A stretch of DNA of 64,000 nucleotides from a virus. The notes beneath the pieces are model-generated. The model saw only the letters and a list, made by a program, of their open reading frames with translations. It was not told the DNA's origin and did not search any database. Of this stretch, positions 62,942-64,000 are shown piece after piece. The stretch spans positions 3,220-67,219 of IMG/VR virus record IMGVR_UViG_3300045988_081431, one strand, 5' to 3'. Both the position numbers and the translations under genes were made by a program. Within the stretch, counting starts at the first letter, position 1. Every line of letters starts with the position of its first letter.

Positions 62942-63271
62942 ATGCTAGATAGGGAAAGGGCAGAATATATATATAATCAATTAACTGATGTATATTCTGA
63001 AGATGATAGCAAAGAAATTTTACATAAGTTTGAACAACTCTATAACGCCAATAGTCTTTTATCAATGGATATTATCGAAGTAATCGAGGAAGTGGCGGAA
63101 CTAAATCATAATACGGAGAAATTACCGTATTGGCTTTATGATGTTGTTCCCTATAATGATTTTTGCGACTATTTAGAGTCATTGGAAGTTGTAGAAGTTG
63201 GCGAAGATTTTATAAAATTTGATGATAATGTATATTATCAAATAACCGATATTGTAAACAGTATTTGTTAA
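62942..63271 (+). CDS. small acidic protein
   Basis: AGGAGG SD 9 nt before ATG 62942 (track start GTG 62933 is inside the SD); 109 aa, D/E-rich. Confidence 0.6.
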   Translation: MLDRERAEYIYNQLTDVYSEDDSKEILHKFEQLYNANSLLSMDIIEVIEEVAELNHNTEKLPYWLYDVVPYNDFCDYLESLEVVEVGEDFIKFDDNVYYQITDIVNSIC

Positions 63272-63286
63272 CGGAGGTATAAAAGC

Positions 63287-63730
63287 ATGGAATTTAAAGA
63301 ATTGTTAGAACTAGGCAGAATGTTAAAAAGTGAAAAATGCAATAATATCAAGGAGTACCTTGAAAAAATATTAGAATTGAATAATACACAAATACAAGAT
63401 GTTTATTTAATTTCAGAAAATGGGGTTGATTTAGAAAAGGCTATTGATGGGGTATACGAGGGGTGCTATTATATATACGAAAACTTTTATGAATATATTG
63501 ACAATCTCACTAGTGAATTATGTATAGATTTACCAAATTTTATAGAACTAGATTACATCTCTATGTGGTACCGCACATTTAGATATGAAGATAATCTATA
63601 TATTGATTGGCAAGAATTAAAGTTGTTCAAAGACCGTGACGAATACGGAACGGCAGAACAAAAAGAAAACCAACGAGCGTATATCGAGTATAATCTTCAA
63701 TATTCACAAGTTATCGATTTCTACTATTAG
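63287..63730 (+). CDS. acidic hypothetical protein
   Basis: GGAGG SD; 147 aa, E/D/Y-rich. Confidence 0.6.
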   Translation: MEFKELLELGRMLKSEKCNNIKEYLEKILELNNTQIQDVYLISENGVDLEKAIDGVYEGCYYIYENFYEYIDNLTSELCIDLPNFIELDYISMWYRTFRYEDNLYIDWQELKLFKDRDEYGTAEQKENQRAYIEYNLQYSQVIDFYY

Positions 63731-63822
63731 GAGGTAAGTGCTTTGTCTTTAATCTTATTATCATTAATCGTTGTATTTATTCAACGGTCGAAAAACCAAA
63801 CATTATAACATAAGAATTTTAA

Positions 63823-63853
63823 CCACGGTTAGACCGTTTGTGTTTAACCGTGG
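63823..63853. other. 9-bp stem hairpin CCACGGTTA/TAACCGTGG (no T-run)
   Basis: Arms at 63823-63831 and 63845-63853. It carries the same CCACGG/CCGTGG core as the 60-kb iterons. Confidence 0.5.
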
Positions 63854-63890
63854 AATATAATCAGTAATGATCACATCGGAGGGAACACTT

Positions 63891-64000
63891 ATGCAATCAG
63901 TAGAATTATACAATAGAGACAATGAAATGTATTGGAACATAGAAGAATTTTTAAAAGTCTTTAGCTATAAGAATGTACAAGAATTTTGTGCTTATGAACG
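63891..64000 (+). CDS. hypothetical protein, N-terminal part (runs off window)
   Basis: GGAGGG lies 8 nt before the ATG. The frame MQSVELYNRDNEMYWNIEEFLKVFSYKNVQEFCAYE is open to the end of the window. Confidence 0.45.
   Translation, partial: MQSVELYNRDNEMYWNIEEFLKVFSYKNVQEFCAYE

Noticed and set aside
1-64000. Prophage / temperate lifestyle markers (integrase, CI-like repressor, att sites at the tRNAs)
   Set aside because: I recognised no tyrosine or serine recombinase motifs, no divergent repressor/Cro pair, and no host-like flanking genes. The tRNAs are internal to a phage operon.

Overview
The window reads as about 64 kb of a tailed dsDNA phage genome (long-tailed, siphovirus-like). I saw no integrase, repressor or att site, so it is probably virulent, at least within this window. 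All genes but one are on the + strand. Expression signals look Firmicutes-like: GGAGG Shine-Dalgarno sites, TTGACA-17-TATAAT promoters often with a TGn extension, and tRNA genes that encode CCA.

Layout:
- 1-24.6 kb: packaging, head, tail and lysis module. It has the large terminase, portal, scaffold, capsid and a tail-chaperone pair with an A_AAA_AAG -1 frameshift. It also has a 1658-aa tape measure with an embedded lysozyme-like domain, a lambda-like tip set (NlpC/P60, gpM-, gpL- and gpJ-like), a holin, an amidase and membrane-anchored coiled-coil proteins.
- 24.7-29.1 kb (- strand): a DnaE-type DNA polymerase interrupted by a 412-aa LAGLIDADG intein.
- 29.2-59.9 kb: replication, nucleotide-metabolism and DNA-modification genes. 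These include a T7 gp2.5-like SSB, primase, DnaB-like helicase, a Cas4-like nuclease, dNMP kinase, RusA, dUTPase and ThyX. There are also three DNA methyltransferase(-like) genes, one of them split by a frameshift, and many small ORFs.
- 59.9-64 kb: two repeat-rich non-coding regions of about 1.2 kb each, flanking small acidic early-type genes.

Most interesting items:
- A 1.2-kb promoter-to-terminator non-coding operon (41.1-42.3 kb). It holds a highly structured RNA of about 560 nt, three tRNAs, two tRNA-like elements and a structured tail. It is a candidate large ornate RNA.
- A promoter, 14-bp tandem-repeat array, 15-bp inverted repeat and terminator unit at 29.9-30.25 kb.
- Iteron, (TA)n and palindrome architecture at 60-62.9 kb.
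- A gene cluster for a Cys-motif enzyme plus two NSSSxHS paralogs.
- A DUF2829/Tad2-like small protein.

All calls were made by eye from the sequence and the ORF track. Homology statements are motif-level only.
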